This document shows positions 18,248 to 29,024 of a DNA stretch of 64,000 bases, in pieces (the stretch's first letter is position 1; each line of letters opens with the position of its first letter). The notes under the pieces were generated by a model. The model was not told where the DNA came from. It did not search any database and worked only from the letters and a program-made list of their open reading frames with translations. The stretch covers positions 1,066-65,065 of the forward strand of contig CAZFKP010000014.1 in the NCBI GenBank assembly GCA_964518725.1, read 5' to 3'. The DNA comes from an uncultured Rickettsiales bacterium. Its GTDB lineage: Bacteria; Pseudomonadota; Alphaproteobacteria; Rickettsiales; SXRF01. Both the position numbers and the translations under genes were made by a program.

Positions 18248-18960
18248 AATAGATGTTCTCCCCCGTCAATGTACAGGCAATGCCCGGTGATGCCAGTATT
18301 TTCTGCCAGATAATATACCGCACCGGCCACCTCGTCCAGCGTCGCCACCTTGCCAAGCGGTAGCGTTGGTTCCAGCCGCGCCCGGTATTCCTCCCCCCAC
18401 TCGCCGCCGGGCAGGATATGCCCCGGGCAGACACCGTTGACCCGAAGTTGCGGCCCCAGCTCCACCGCCGCCATTTTTGTGAACTCCGCGAGGGTTTTTT
18501 TGGAAAGCAGGTAATAGAAATAACGGTGTTTATTGCTGGTGATCTTCGTGTCGAGCATGTTGACCACGGCACCGCGTTTTACTTTTTCGGCAAACGCCTG
18601 GGTTAGGAAAATCGGCGCTTGCGTGTTGATGCGGAATTCTTTGGCGAACAAGGCCTCGTCACCCTCCATGAAGCCGCCGGCATCGAACACCGAGGCATTA
18701 TTGACCAGCACCGACAGACGTGGAAACGCCGTATGAGCGCCTGCAACAAGCGGCGCATAGGACGCGGCATCGGTGAGGTCGGCCCTAAATAATTCGCACA
18801 CAACACCGTGGTCGCGCACCTCCGAGGCGGTGCGTTCAGCATCATCCTGCGACTGATGGTAATGCAGCGCCACATCATAACCGCGCGCGGCGAAATGAAG
18901 GGCCATCTCCCGCCCAATCCGGCGGGCGGCACCGGTAACAAGAAGTGCGGGGCGATCCAT
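18244..18960 (-). CDS. SDR-family oxidoreductase (pteridine reductase-like, folB-linked)
   Basis: TGAARRIGREMA Rossmann motif, NNAS, and the YxxxK-region YYLLSKK. Operonic with folB. Confidence 0.75.
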   Translation of the reverse strand: MDRPALLVTGAARRIGREMALHFAARGYDVALHYHQSQDDAERTASEVRDHGVVCELFRADLTDAASYAPLVAGAHTAFPRLSVLVNNASVFDAGGFMEGDEALFAKEFRINTQAPIFLTQAFAEKVKRGAVVNMLDTKITSNKHRYFYYLLSKKTLAEFTKMAAVELGPQLRVNGVCPGHILPGGEWGEEYRARLEPTLPLGKVATLDEVAGAVYYLAENTGITGHCLYIDGGEHLL

Positions 18961-18966
18961 CCGTCG

Positions 18967-19548
18967 TTAAGCGGCTTTGGTTTTTTCCGGGTCAACCCAG
19001 GAAATATTGCCATCTTCGCGGCGATAAACCACGTTCAGGCGGCCATGGGCTTTGTTGAAAAACAGGAGCGCCGGAAGATGCTGCAAATCCATTTTCATCA
19101 CGGCCTGACTCACCGTGAGCGTTTCGATGGCGGTTGCCTTCTCGGCAATCACCAGCCCGGCCTGCTTGTCTTCATCCTCTTCCCCGGCCTGCGGCGAAAT
19201 AACGCGCTTGGTGGCGTGGACTAGTTCAATTTCAGGCACGGCGTCCTTGTGGTGGTTGGTGATCTTTCGCTTGTAGCGACGCAGTTGTTTGGCAACTTTT
19301 TCTAGCGCATCATCAAACGCAGCATAAACATCGGTCGACTCGCCGCGGCTGCGGATGACAAACCCCGAATGGGTGCCAACATTGCCAGTGAGGTCAACAC
19401 GGAATAAATGGGCATCTTTTGAAACCACCGCCTGAATGCTGTTTACACGATCAATATATTTGCTGACATGTTCATCGACGCGGCCTTGAATATGGGAACG
19501 GAGCGACTCGCCGACTTCGACGCCTTTGCCGGATACTTGGATTTGCAT
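18967..19548 (-). CDS. hpf: ribosome hibernation promoting factor, long form
   Basis: Track ORF is 18967..19791. The homologous part starts at MQIQVSGKGVEVGESLRSHI (ATG 19548). The C-terminal dimerisation domain LTVSQAVMKMDL..FFN is present. Confidence 0.88.
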   Translation of the reverse strand: MQIQVSGKGVEVGESLRSHIQGRVDEHVSKYIDRVNSIQAVVSKDAHLFRVDLTGNVGTHSGFVIRSRGESTDVYAAFDDALEKVAKQLRRYKRKITNHHKDAVPEIELVHATKRVISPQAGEEDEDKQAGLVIAEKATAIETLTVSQAVMKMDLQHLPALLFFNKAHGRLNVVYRREDGNISWVDPEKTKAA

Positions 19549-19690
19549 ATGATTCTCTACTGTGAGGTTACGTTGTTCATAGACCAACTTCGCAGGATCG
19601 CGAAATCTAACTATACCATAAGATGGCCAGGATTTCCAGCCAGAACATCCCAGCCGTGCTCCCCCGCCACGAGTGCGGGGGACGGCCTGT

Positions 19691-21280
<1,590 letters not shown>

Positions 21281-21294
21281 CTATGGTTTCTATT

Positions 21295-22092
21295 TTAGTT
21301 AGTTGCCGCTGGTGCAGCCGCTGCTTGCGGGCGGCGTTCGGCAATCCACGCATCGAATTTTTCCTGGCTCACCACATCGACCACAATCGGCATGAAACCG
21401 TGCTTGACGCCGCAAAGCTCAGAACACTGGCCGTAATAGCGCCCCTCCCTGGTCGCTTCAAACCAGGTTTCGTTGAGGCGCCCCGGCACGGCATCACGCT
21501 TGACGCCGAAGGCCGGAATCGCCCAGGCGTGGATCACATCAGCAGCGGTGGTTTGTACACGGATTTTGGTATTCACCGGCACCACCACAGGATTATCCAC
21601 CGTCAGCAGACGCGGCTCGCCGGGTTTCAGGTCAGCATCTTCCACAATGCGCGATTCAAAATTGATGCCTCCATGATCGGGGTATTCATAACCCCAATAC
21701 CACTGATAGCCGGTCACTTTCAGAGTGATGCCACCTTCGGGTTCTTTCTCCATGAAATTATGGATACGCACCGACGGAATCGCAATCGCAACCAGAATGA
21801 GGATTGGGATCACCGTCCATACCACTTCCAGTTTGACGTTATGGGTGGTTTTGCTCGCCACCGGATTAGCCGAGCGGTTGAACTTGATCGCAATATACAC
21901 CATCATCACCATCACAAAAATGGTGATCGCGGTGATGATATACATCAGGAAATCATTATGCAGCCACGCAAGCTGCTCCATCACCGGTGAAGCCGGCGGC
22001 TGAAAGCCGAGCTGCCAGTCCTTCGCGATGCCATCGGCATATGCGGAAACTGGAACGATTAATGCAAGGGCGGCCAAAAAGAATCGCGACAT
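21295..22092 (-). CDS. ctaC: cytochrome c oxidase subunit II
   Basis: Start taken at MSRFFLAALALIVPVSAYA (ATG 22092). CuA motif CSELCGVKHGFMP is present. Confidence 0.95.
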   Translation of the reverse strand: MSRFFLAALALIVPVSAYADGIAKDWQLGFQPPASPVMEQLAWLHNDFLMYIITAITIFVMVMMVYIAIKFNRSANPVASKTTHNVKLEVVWTVIPILILVAIAIPSVRIHNFMEKEPEGGITLKVTGYQWYWGYEYPDHGGINFESRIVEDADLKPGEPRLLTVDNPVVVPVNTKIRVQTTAADVIHAWAIPAFGVKRDAVPGRLNETWFEATREGRYYGQCSELCGVKHGFMPIVVDVVSQEKFDAWIAERRPQAAAAPAATN

Positions 22093-22209
22093 AAAATACT
22101 CATGATTAAACGATAGATATCGGTAGGTTCTAAACTCTCCTTGAGGTGAGCGCAATGATTTTGTAAGCTCACACAGAAGAATGAAAAATGTGTAAATTCA
22201 GGACAGTGC

Positions 22210-23646
22210 ATGACACACGCCGCCACCGCTGAGAAATTATTTTTTGCTACCGGAAACCTCTCGAACAGCGCTGCCGCCGCTCAGGTAAACACTGCCCTTG
22301 CCGGCATGGATGACGGCGAGCTGTTCCTGGAATACCAGCAAAGTGAAAGCCTGCATTTCGACGATGGTAAACTAAAAAACGCGAGCTTTAATACGGCACA
22401 AGGATTCGGCTTGCGCTCGGTGCTCGGTGAAATGTCGGCCTTCGCGCATTCAACCGATGTCAGCGACGACGCTCTTGCCCGCGCTGCAAAGACCGTGGCG
22501 AGCATCCAGCATCGCGGTGCCGCCGCTGCCGTCACCCTGCCAACGGTCGGCAAGCAACACATCTTATATGATGGCAACAACCCAATCGAGGCAACCGCCT
22601 TCACCGAGAAAATCGCCCTACTGCAAACCATCGACAGCTACCTGCGCGCCAAGGATAGCCGCGTGGTACAAGTGTCGGCGTCGCTTTCCGGCCAGTGGCA
22701 GGTGGTGCACATCCTCCGCGCCGACGGCCGTTCGGCCAGCGATATCCGGCCGCTGGTACGCATTGGCGTCAATGTCATTGTCGAAAAAAACGGGCGGCGC
22801 GAATCGGGTAATGCCGGTGCTGGTGGGCGTGCGGATTATACACATTATATACAGGAAACCGCGTGGAAAAAACTCGCCGATGAGGCACTACGCACCGCAC
22901 TCGTCAACCTTGAATCCATCCCGGCACCGGGCGGCGAAATGCCGGTGGTGCTTGGTTCCGGCTGGCCGGGCATTTTACTGCATGAGGCGATCGGCCATGG
23001 GCTGGAGGGCGATTTCAACCGAAAGGGAACGTCGGCATTCGCAGGCCTCATGGGAAAACACATTGCGAGCAAAGGCGTGACGGTGAGGGATGATGGCACA
23101 CTTGCCGGGCGGCGCGGCTCGCTCAACGTCGATGATGAGGGTACCCCCACCAGCTGCACGACGCTGATTGAAGACGGCATCCTCGTCGGCTATTTGCAGG
23201 ATCGGCAGAATGCACGGCTGATGAATGTGAGACCCACCGGCAACGGACGCCGCGAAAGCTTCGCCCATCAACCAATGCCACGCATGACCAACACCTATAT
23301 GTTAGGCGGCGACGCCACACAGGAATCACTTATCCGGTCAGTAAAGAAAGGCATTTACGCCGCGAATTTCGGCGGCGGGCAGGTGGACATCACCTCCGGA
23401 AAATTCGTGTTCTCCGCCTCGGAAGCCTATTTAATTGAAGATGGCAAGGTGACCAATCCCATCAAGGGCGCGACCATCATCGGCAACGGCCCCGACTGCC
23501 TCACCAAAATCCGTGGCATCGGCAACGACATGAAACTCGATGACGGTATCGGCACCTGCGGCAAGGCCGGGCAGAGCGTGCCGGTCGGCGTCGGCCAGCC
23601 TTCCCTACTGATTGAAGGCCTCACCGTCGGCGGCACGGCTGTATAG
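22210..23646 (+). CDS. tldD: metalloprotease TldD
   Basis: 478 aa with HEAIGHGLEGD zinc motif and a PmbA/TldD fold pattern. Confidence 0.93.
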   Translation: MTHAATAEKLFFATGNLSNSAAAAQVNTALAGMDDGELFLEYQQSESLHFDDGKLKNASFNTAQGFGLRSVLGEMSAFAHSTDVSDDALARAAKTVASIQHRGAAAAVTLPTVGKQHILYDGNNPIEATAFTEKIALLQTIDSYLRAKDSRVVQVSASLSGQWQVVHILRADGRSASDIRPLVRIGVNVIVEKNGRRESGNAGAGGRADYTHYIQETAWKKLADEALRTALVNLESIPAPGGEMPVVLGSGWPGILLHEAIGHGLEGDFNRKGTSAFAGLMGKHIASKGVTVRDDGTLAGRRGSLNVDDEGTPTSCTTLIEDGILVGYLQDRQNARLMNVRPTGNGRRESFAHQPMPRMTNTYMLGGDATQESLIRSVKKGIYAANFGGGQVDITSGKFVFSASEAYLIEDGKVTNPIKGATIIGNGPDCLTKIRGIGNDMKLDDGIGTCGKAGQSVPVGVGQPSLLIEGLTVGGTAV

Positions 23647-23938
23647 TTGTCCCCAGTGCGCCTGCTGGCCGCCCTATGGGACACGCTCAAGGCTGGCTCA
23701 GGCTACTTCCTTCGCATCACGTTATCACCGCGTGCGGCAGCGATAACCTGGAATAAATCACTGGAGTAGCGTTGCCAGGCGCAGCGCGATGTCATGAGAG
23801 CGGAGTATCCGCGAACCAGCCTTGAGCAGGGCTTCATGCGATTTCCAGCAGGAAATCGCGGAAGCAAAAAGAAATATGACAGTTCTGTTACGAAACCGTG
23901 ACGGAACCGTGAAGATTGCAGCCCCCAGCCAATAACAC

Positions 23939-23968
23939 TTTGCGCCCCCTGCCCGTTTTCGATATAGT
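23939..23968 (+). promoter_or_regulatory. putative sigma70-type promoter (TTGCGC-N18-TATAGT)
   Basis: -35 at 23939-23944 and -10 at 23963-23968, ~40 nt upstream of the small ORF at 24009. Confidence 0.4.
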
Positions 23969-24008
23969 GTAATTGTAAGAACAAAACCACCCAATGGGGA
24001 TTTAGAAT

Positions 24009-24200
24009 ATGGCTCTTCAGAACACATTAATGTCAGGTGAAGGCAGCTTTTCTGGTCGTATGGGCATCGAAATTGCGGGTGGCGACTTTTCAGGCCATCA
24101 GGCGTTCATGAATATGGCTGGCGGCCAGCTTTCCCACGCAGATCGTGCAGTTCTCTCCGCTGCTGGCCAACAACAGCGTGGTAGCGGCCTCAGCATCTAA
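24009..24200 (+). CDS. small Gly-rich protein (63 aa), unknown function
   Basis: GGGGA 7-8 nt upstream of the ATG. A strong intrinsic terminator lies 25 nt downstream. The product MALQNTLMSGEGSFSGRMGIEIAGGDFSGHQAFMNMAGGQLSH.. has no TM segment or signal peptide. Confidence 0.5.
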   Translation: MALQNTLMSGEGSFSGRMGIEIAGGDFSGHQAFMNMAGGQLSHADRAVLSAAGQQQRGSGLSI

Positions 24201-24225
24201 GCAACTCCTTTTGTTGTTAAAAAAC

Positions 24226-24255
24226 AAAGGCAAGCCGGGTGCTTGCCTTTTTTTT
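24226..24255 (+). terminator. rho-independent terminator
   Basis: AAAGGCAAGC-cgggt-GCTTGCCTTT stem followed by a T8 run. The A-run on the 5' side makes it potentially bidirectional. Confidence 0.85.
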
Positions 24256-24306
24256 ATCATTTACTTTGAACAGAATTGGGTGTAAGTTCAACGAAATAGC
24301 CGAAGA

Positions 24307-24702
24307 GTGCCCCACGTGACCACACAATGGACAAGCAAAACAGACCACTCAACCCCGGATTTTAGTGAACTTTTTAAAGAAGAGTTCGTGGTGTTGCTGT
24401 TGCGCGGTAAGAACTCATTCGGCGACCACATCTATAGCTATGTGAAAGTTTCCCTGCCCAATATCAAACGCCTTTATGAATCGCTCAATGGCGGTTCGAC
24501 CTTTAACCCCAGTGACTTTGGCGAAGTCGTAGCCGCAGGCAAAGGCGAACCCAGCGACGAAGTAAAAGCGGAAATTGCCGCGACATACCCGATGAAAAAC
24601 AAGCCTGCTAACGCTTCCACCATCATACGCAACAGCGAAGAAGATACTGAGGAATCGGAGGCCACAGCCCCAATCCTGAAGAAAAACTGGGACGAGTATT
24701 AG
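24307..24702 (+). CDS. hypothetical acidic protein
   Basis: 131-aa ORF with GTG start at 24307 or 24316 (GAAGAG upstream). No domain recognised. Confidence 0.5.
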   Translation: MPHVTTQWTSKTDHSTPDFSELFKEEFVVLLLRGKNSFGDHIYSYVKVSLPNIKRLYESLNGGSTFNPSDFGEVVAAGKGEPSDEVKAEIAATYPMKNKPANASTIIRNSEEDTEESEATAPILKKNWDEY

Positions 24703-24790
24703 TTCCGCTGTTTCCGGTGCGCGCTGCTGCGCGCCCCATGAAACAGGTTCATGACTGGCTCATGCTTGCTGCATTCGCATAACAGCCAGG

Positions 24791-26260
24791 CTATTTGCCA
24801 AACATTTTGTTCCACATCGCATCCACCCTTTTCACCACCGCCTGATCCATCTGAATCTCTTTGCCCCATTCGCGGTTTGTCTCGCCTTCTACTTTATTGG
24901 TAGCGTCGAGACCCACTTTCCCGCCGAGACCTGAGACCGGCGACGCAAAATCCAGATAATCGATCGGCGTGTTTTCGACCATCGTGATATCCCGCACCGG
25001 ATCCATCCGCGTGGAGACCGCCCACATCACTTCCTTCCAGTCGCGGCAATTAATATCGTCATCCACCACGATGATCCATTTGGTATACACGAACTGGCGC
25101 AGGAACGACCAGATGCCCATCATCACCCGCTTGGCGTGGCCTGCATAGGCCTTTTTGATGGAGACCACAGCAATGCGATACGAGCAGCCTTCCGGCGGCA
25201 GGTAGAAGTCGACGATCTCCGGGAATTGTTGTTGCAGGAGCGGAATGAATACTTCGTTCAACGCTTCGCCTAGCACGCTCGGTTCGTCGGGCGGTTTACC
25301 GGTATAGGTCGTGAGGTAAATCGCATCTTTCCGCATGGTAATCGCCGTCACCGTGAACACCGGAAATTTCTCAACCGAGTTATAATAGCCCGTATGGTCG
25401 CCATACGGCCCTTCGTCGCCATAGTCATCAAGCGACACATAGCCTTCGATCACGATCTCGGCCTGTGCAGGAACTTTTAATGGAACTGTTTTGCACTCAA
25501 CCAGCTCCACCTTCTCGCCACGCAAAAGTCCGGCGAACTGATATTCCGAAAGCGTGTCCGGCACCGGCGTCACCGCCGCTAGAATCGTTGCCGGATCACA
25601 GCCGATGACAGCGGCAGCAGGCAGCGGCTCGCATTTCTGCTTGCCCCAGCGCGCATGGTGCTGCGCCCCGCCGCGATGCTTGAGCCAACGCATCAGCGTT
25701 TTGTCCTTTGCAAGGACTTGCATTCTATAGATGCCTAAATTGAAATTATCCTCCGCCGCACCCGAGGGGCCCCTCGTCACCACCAGCGGCCAGGTGATGA
25801 GCGGTGCCGGTTCCCCCGGCCAGCAACCTTGGATCGGAAGCTTGGCGAGATCAATATCATCGCCCGTCAGCACCACTTCCTGACACGGTGCCTTCGAAAC
25901 CGTTTTTGGTTTCATCGCCATGACGTTTTTCAGCATGGGCAGCATGCTGAGCGCCTCTTTCACGCTGCCTGGAGGTTCCGGCTGCTTCATGAAGGCCAGC
26001 GCCTCGCCCACAGCGCGGAGTTCTTCCTGCTTCCTACCCATGCCGAGCGCCACACGCTCCACCGTACCGAACAGGTTGATGAGCGCTGGCATGCTGTGGC
26101 CGATGACATTCTCGAATAACACCGCAGGCCCACCCCCACGAATCAACCGCGTGCCAATCTCCGTCATCTCCAGATGCGTCGATACCGGCTCGGATACGCG
26201 AACCAGCAGTCCACGCTTCTCAAGCTCGACCATAAAATCACGGAGGGAAGAATACGCCAT
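24791..26260 (-). CDS. ubiD: 4-hydroxy-3-polyprenylbenzoate decarboxylase UbiD
   Basis: 489 aa with typical UbiD N-terminus ([17 protein letters not shown]) and full-length conservation. Confidence 0.93.
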   Translation of the reverse strand: MAYSSLRDFMVELEKRGLLVRVSEPVSTHLEMTEIGTRLIRGGGPAVLFENVIGHSMPALINLFGTVERVALGMGRKQEELRAVGEALAFMKQPEPPGSVKEALSMLPMLKNVMAMKPKTVSKAPCQEVVLTGDDIDLAKLPIQGCWPGEPAPLITWPLVVTRGPSGAAEDNFNLGIYRMQVLAKDKTLMRWLKHRGGAQHHARWGKQKCEPLPAAAVIGCDPATILAAVTPVPDTLSEYQFAGLLRGEKVELVECKTVPLKVPAQAEIVIEGYVSLDDYGDEGPYGDHTGYYNSVEKFPVFTVTAITMRKDAIYLTTYTGKPPDEPSVLGEALNEVFIPLLQQQFPEIVDFYLPPEGCSYRIAVVSIKKAYAGHAKRVMMGIWSFLRQFVYTKWIIVVDDDINCRDWKEVMWAVSTRMDPVRDITMVENTPIDYLDFASPVSGLGGKVGLDATNKVEGETNREWGKEIQMDQAVVKRVDAMWNKMFGK

Positions 26261-26279
26261 CGTACGTTCAGCCTGTCAT

Positions 26280-27773
26280 TTAAGGTGTTGCCATGCCATC
26301 CGGGGGGATAAAGCAATACATATAATGATGCGTTTTCTGGCTAAATGTCACGCGGTAACGCAATTCCAAATGATGAAATTCGCCACAGCGCGACAAATAC
26401 TTTTCAACAAACCCCGAATCCAGTTTATCCAGTGCCGTAGTAACAACGACTGCTCCATGCGCCGCAAGCTCGCCAGCGCTGAACCATTGAACAAGCCCCA
26501 TTCTTTCCTGCGACAAGCCGATTGGCCGGGGTGGCCAGTACAGGCCGATCGCATCGGCCGCCTTCTTCTGGCCAATAACATAGGCGGGCGGATTCGGATA
26601 ATGCGCGTCCCAATCGGCCGCGATCAAGGCGGCCGCTTCGCTGGCAGACTCCTTATAATAGGTATGGATGGTCGACAGGCTAACAAACCACAAAACCGTG
26701 AAGACGCCTACCCACGATCGGTTTGCCAAGCGCAACAATCGAGCCGCAGTGCTGTCGGGCATATCAATAAAACAGGCACATACAATGATAAAAAAACCAA
26801 TTAGCGGATAGCTGTAGCGCATGTGATAAATACTGCCGAAAGCAATCGCTACATGCAGCATCAACAGACACAAGCCGAACACAACCAGCGTAAAATAAAA
26901 TGCCGCGCTTTTGGGGCGGCGATTCAGGTGAAGCGACGGAGAGCTAAACCTGAAACCCACCAATATCACAATGGCCAAAGCCGGATAGAGCAGGAAAGAT
27001 CGATATAATTCCATGAAATTATGTTGGTATGCGAAGGATTTCCCTTTTTGCAACGCATACAAAAGCGAGGTTGGATCGCCGATAAGGTATTGCAGGTGAA
27101 TCACATAATACGCGCCTGCAAAGCACGCCAGCCCAACATATATATTTGGATTCCTGAGGTTTTTACGGAACGCCGGAAGGATGATCGTCGCAATCGCAAT
27201 GCTCGCCAGAAGCAGAAAGGCATAATATTTGACCATGCAGGCAATTAGCGCCGCAATGAAAAACATAACCCAATGCTTGGTGCTTTTTTCTTCGGAGGCG
27301 CGCAAATAATGGTACAACACCGCTGACCAGACTGCGATTTGCAGCTGATCTGCATTTAATGCGCTGGCAATGGTCTCCATGGAATAAATGATGGTGGTGC
27401 TGATGATCACAAGCAGCACGGTCATGTTGGCACCGGCGATCATCCCGATCCTGAGCAAGTAAATCACGCCAACCGCATTCAGCAACTGGGCAGCAAAAAC
27501 ATACGTGACTGCATCCCGGAATCCAAGCGAGGCAATAATCCCCGGCAGCCAGGTTTGCAGCGGTGGGTGCGTGGGAAGGATCAGGGGGAAGCGCACCCCC
27601 CAATTAATCTGCTCCCTCAGGTCAATCGCAGCAGTGGGCAACGTGAAGGCCAGCACTACCGGGCTCAGGATAAAAATTAGGCACAGCCTGGCGGCCAGCA
27701 CTCGCGATTCACCGCGAAATTGCAAGCAACACAGTGCCTCCAACCACGAAATAAAACTTGCAGCACGATGCAT
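26280..27773 (-). CDS. polytopic GT-C glycosyltransferase (ArnT/PMT, family 39/83-like)
   Basis: 497 aa with ~11-12 hydrophobic helices in the N-terminal 380 aa and a soluble C-terminal domain. This is the overall architecture of undecaprenyl-phosphate-sugar-dependent transferases. GC is visibly lower than in neighbours. Confidence 0.55.
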   Translation of the reverse strand: MHRAASFISWLEALCCLQFRGESRVLAARLCLIFILSPVVLAFTLPTAAIDLREQINWGVRFPLILPTHPPLQTWLPGIIASLGFRDAVTYVFAAQLLNAVGVIYLLRIGMIAGANMTVLLVIISTTIIYSMETIASALNADQLQIAVWSAVLYHYLRASEEKSTKHWVMFFIAALIACMVKYYAFLLLASIAIATIILPAFRKNLRNPNIYVGLACFAGAYYVIHLQYLIGDPTSLLYALQKGKSFAYQHNFMELYRSFLLYPALAIVILVGFRFSSPSLHLNRRPKSAAFYFTLVVFGLCLLMLHVAIAFGSIYHMRYSYPLIGFFIIVCACFIDMPDSTAARLLRLANRSWVGVFTVLWFVSLSTIHTYYKESASEAAALIAADWDAHYPNPPAYVIGQKKAADAIGLYWPPRPIGLSQERMGLVQWFSAGELAAHGAVVVTTALDKLDSGFVEKYLSRCGEFHHLELRYRVTFSQKTHHYMYCFIPPDGMATP

Positions 27774-27918
27774 CAGAATTTTTTACTCCAAGCCACTCAA
27801 CCAGATGGTGCTGATGATTTGCGTCAAACGCATTAAATTCAAGTATTTATTTACAAACCCGGCACAAAACTCATATTTCATTATTTACTTAATTAAGCAA
27901 ATGATTTATCATATAGTG

Positions 27919-28251
27919 ATGAGCATTTTCCACGCCCTGTCCGATCCCACCCGCCGCCGAATCATCGAGATGCTAGCTGCCGCCGGCCAGCTTCCGGCAC
28001 GCAGCATTGCCGAAGCATTTGCCATGAGCGCGCCGGCCATTTCCCAGCACCTGAAAATCTTGCGTGATGCCAAGCTGGTCTATATGAAAAAAAAGGCGCA
28101 GCAGCGGCTCTACAGCATCAATCCCACCGGCATCTCCGAGATGGAGCAGTGGATCGGCACGATGCGCCATCTCTGGAACCAGCACCTCGACAGGCTGGAG
28201 ATCGTGCTGCGGATCGAAGCGCAACAGCCGGCACCTAGTGTGCGGGAATAG
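27919..28251 (+). CDS. ArsR/SmtB-family transcriptional regulator
   Basis: Track ORF is 27505..28251. The homologous part is MSIFHALSDPTRRRIIEML..APAISQHLKILRDAKLV (alternative start ATG 27901). Confidence 0.85.
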   Translation: MSIFHALSDPTRRRIIEMLAAAGQLPARSIAEAFAMSAPAISQHLKILRDAKLVYMKKKAQQRLYSINPTGISEMEQWIGTMRHLWNQHLDRLEIVLRIEAQQPAPSVRE

Positions 28252-28801
28252 CCGTCGCTTTTAATGTTACCAGCACCTTCACCTGGTCAGCCACCGAGGC
28301 CGTATCGTCCCAGCCAATACGGAAATCTTTGCGGTGTACTACCGCTTCACCGCTGATTGCCGCGGCCTGCCCGCTGAACTCATCGAGCGTAAAGGTCAGA
28401 ACCACCGGAAGGGTGGCACCCTTGATAGTGAGTTTTGCCACTGCCTCATAACGATTGCCACCAAGCGCTTTGAACGATACAGTCGCAAACACTGCTGTGG
28501 AAAAACCAGCCAGGTTCAGCCATTCCTGCGTGGCAAGCATGTCCTGCGCCTGCGCGTCCCCCACGGTCACACTCCCCATATCCACCGTCACCGCGGCACT
28601 ACTGTCAGCCAGCGCATCGGGATGGAAAGCGATCTTCGCCGTAAATTGGGGAAACTGACCAGTAAGCACCGCCGTATCCCGCTGTACCTCGAAACGGATG
28701 CTGCTCTCATCCGGCACCACGGCAAATGCGACCGGCGCCGCTGCGGCATGCGCCAAGAATGGAAATAACAACGATAGAAGCAACGCTAGGTACGATCGCA
28801 T
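28235..28801 (-). CDS. YceI-family periplasmic polyisoprenoid-binding protein
   Basis: Start taken at MRSYLALLLSLLFPFLAHA (ATG 28801, AAGGA 8 nt upstream). A YceI-like beta-barrel pattern is present (SSIRFEV..LTGQF.., KLTIKG). The 3' end overlaps arsR by 17 nt. Confidence 0.7.
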   Translation of the reverse strand: MRSYLALLLSLLFPFLAHAAAAPVAFAVVPDESSIRFEVQRDTAVLTGQFPQFTAKIAFHPDALADSSAAVTVDMGSVTVGDAQAQDMLATQEWLNLAGFSTAVFATVSFKALGGNRYEAVAKLTIKGATLPVVLTFTLDEFSGQAAAISGEAVVHRKDFRIGWDDTASVADQVKVLVTLKATAIPAH

Positions 28802-28829
28802 CGGGATATCCTTCTGCATTCTGTGTAGA

Positions 28830-28916
28830 TGGTGCCCAGGAGGAGACTCGAACTCCTACAACCTTGCGATCGCCAGCACCTGAAGCTGGTGCGTCTACCA
28901 ATTCCGCCACCTGGGC
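28830..28916 (-). tRNA. tRNA-Leu (anticodon CAG), CCA encoded
   Basis: The reverse complement folds as a class II cloverleaf: acceptor GCCCAGG/CCTGGGC, anticodon loop TTCAGGT, long variable arm, T-loop TTCGAGT. Confidence 0.92.
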
Positions 28917-29024
28917 ATAGGGAAATACGAAGCGGACGCATGACTTACCGCGAAGGGGCGTGTTTTGTCAATCGACCTTTCGGTTTTTGTTGAAGTTTGC
29001 GCGCTTTATGGCTTAATCCCATCC

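Noticed and set aside
23656-23912. Short plus-strand reading frames in the tldD-downstream gap (for example VRLLAALWDTLKAGSGYFLRITLSPRAAAITWNKSLE and MRAEYPRTSLEQGFMRFPAGNRGSKKKYDSSVTKP) as a possible pseudogene remnant. Also the minus-strand ORFs 23703..23990 and 23758..24027.
   Set aside because: There is no recognisable family and the frames are interrupted. The minus-strand ORFs have implausible composition. A search might change this, but I cannot support a call.
27886-27914. Palindromes CTTAATTAAG (27888-27897) and ATGAT-tt-ATCAT (27901-27912) just upstream of or overlapping the arsR start, as a possible ArsR autoregulatory operator.
   Set aside because: This is plausible but unsupported. 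The palindromes are short and AT-rich in an AT-rich promoter, and they do not clearly match the 12-2-12 ArsR/SmtB operator form.
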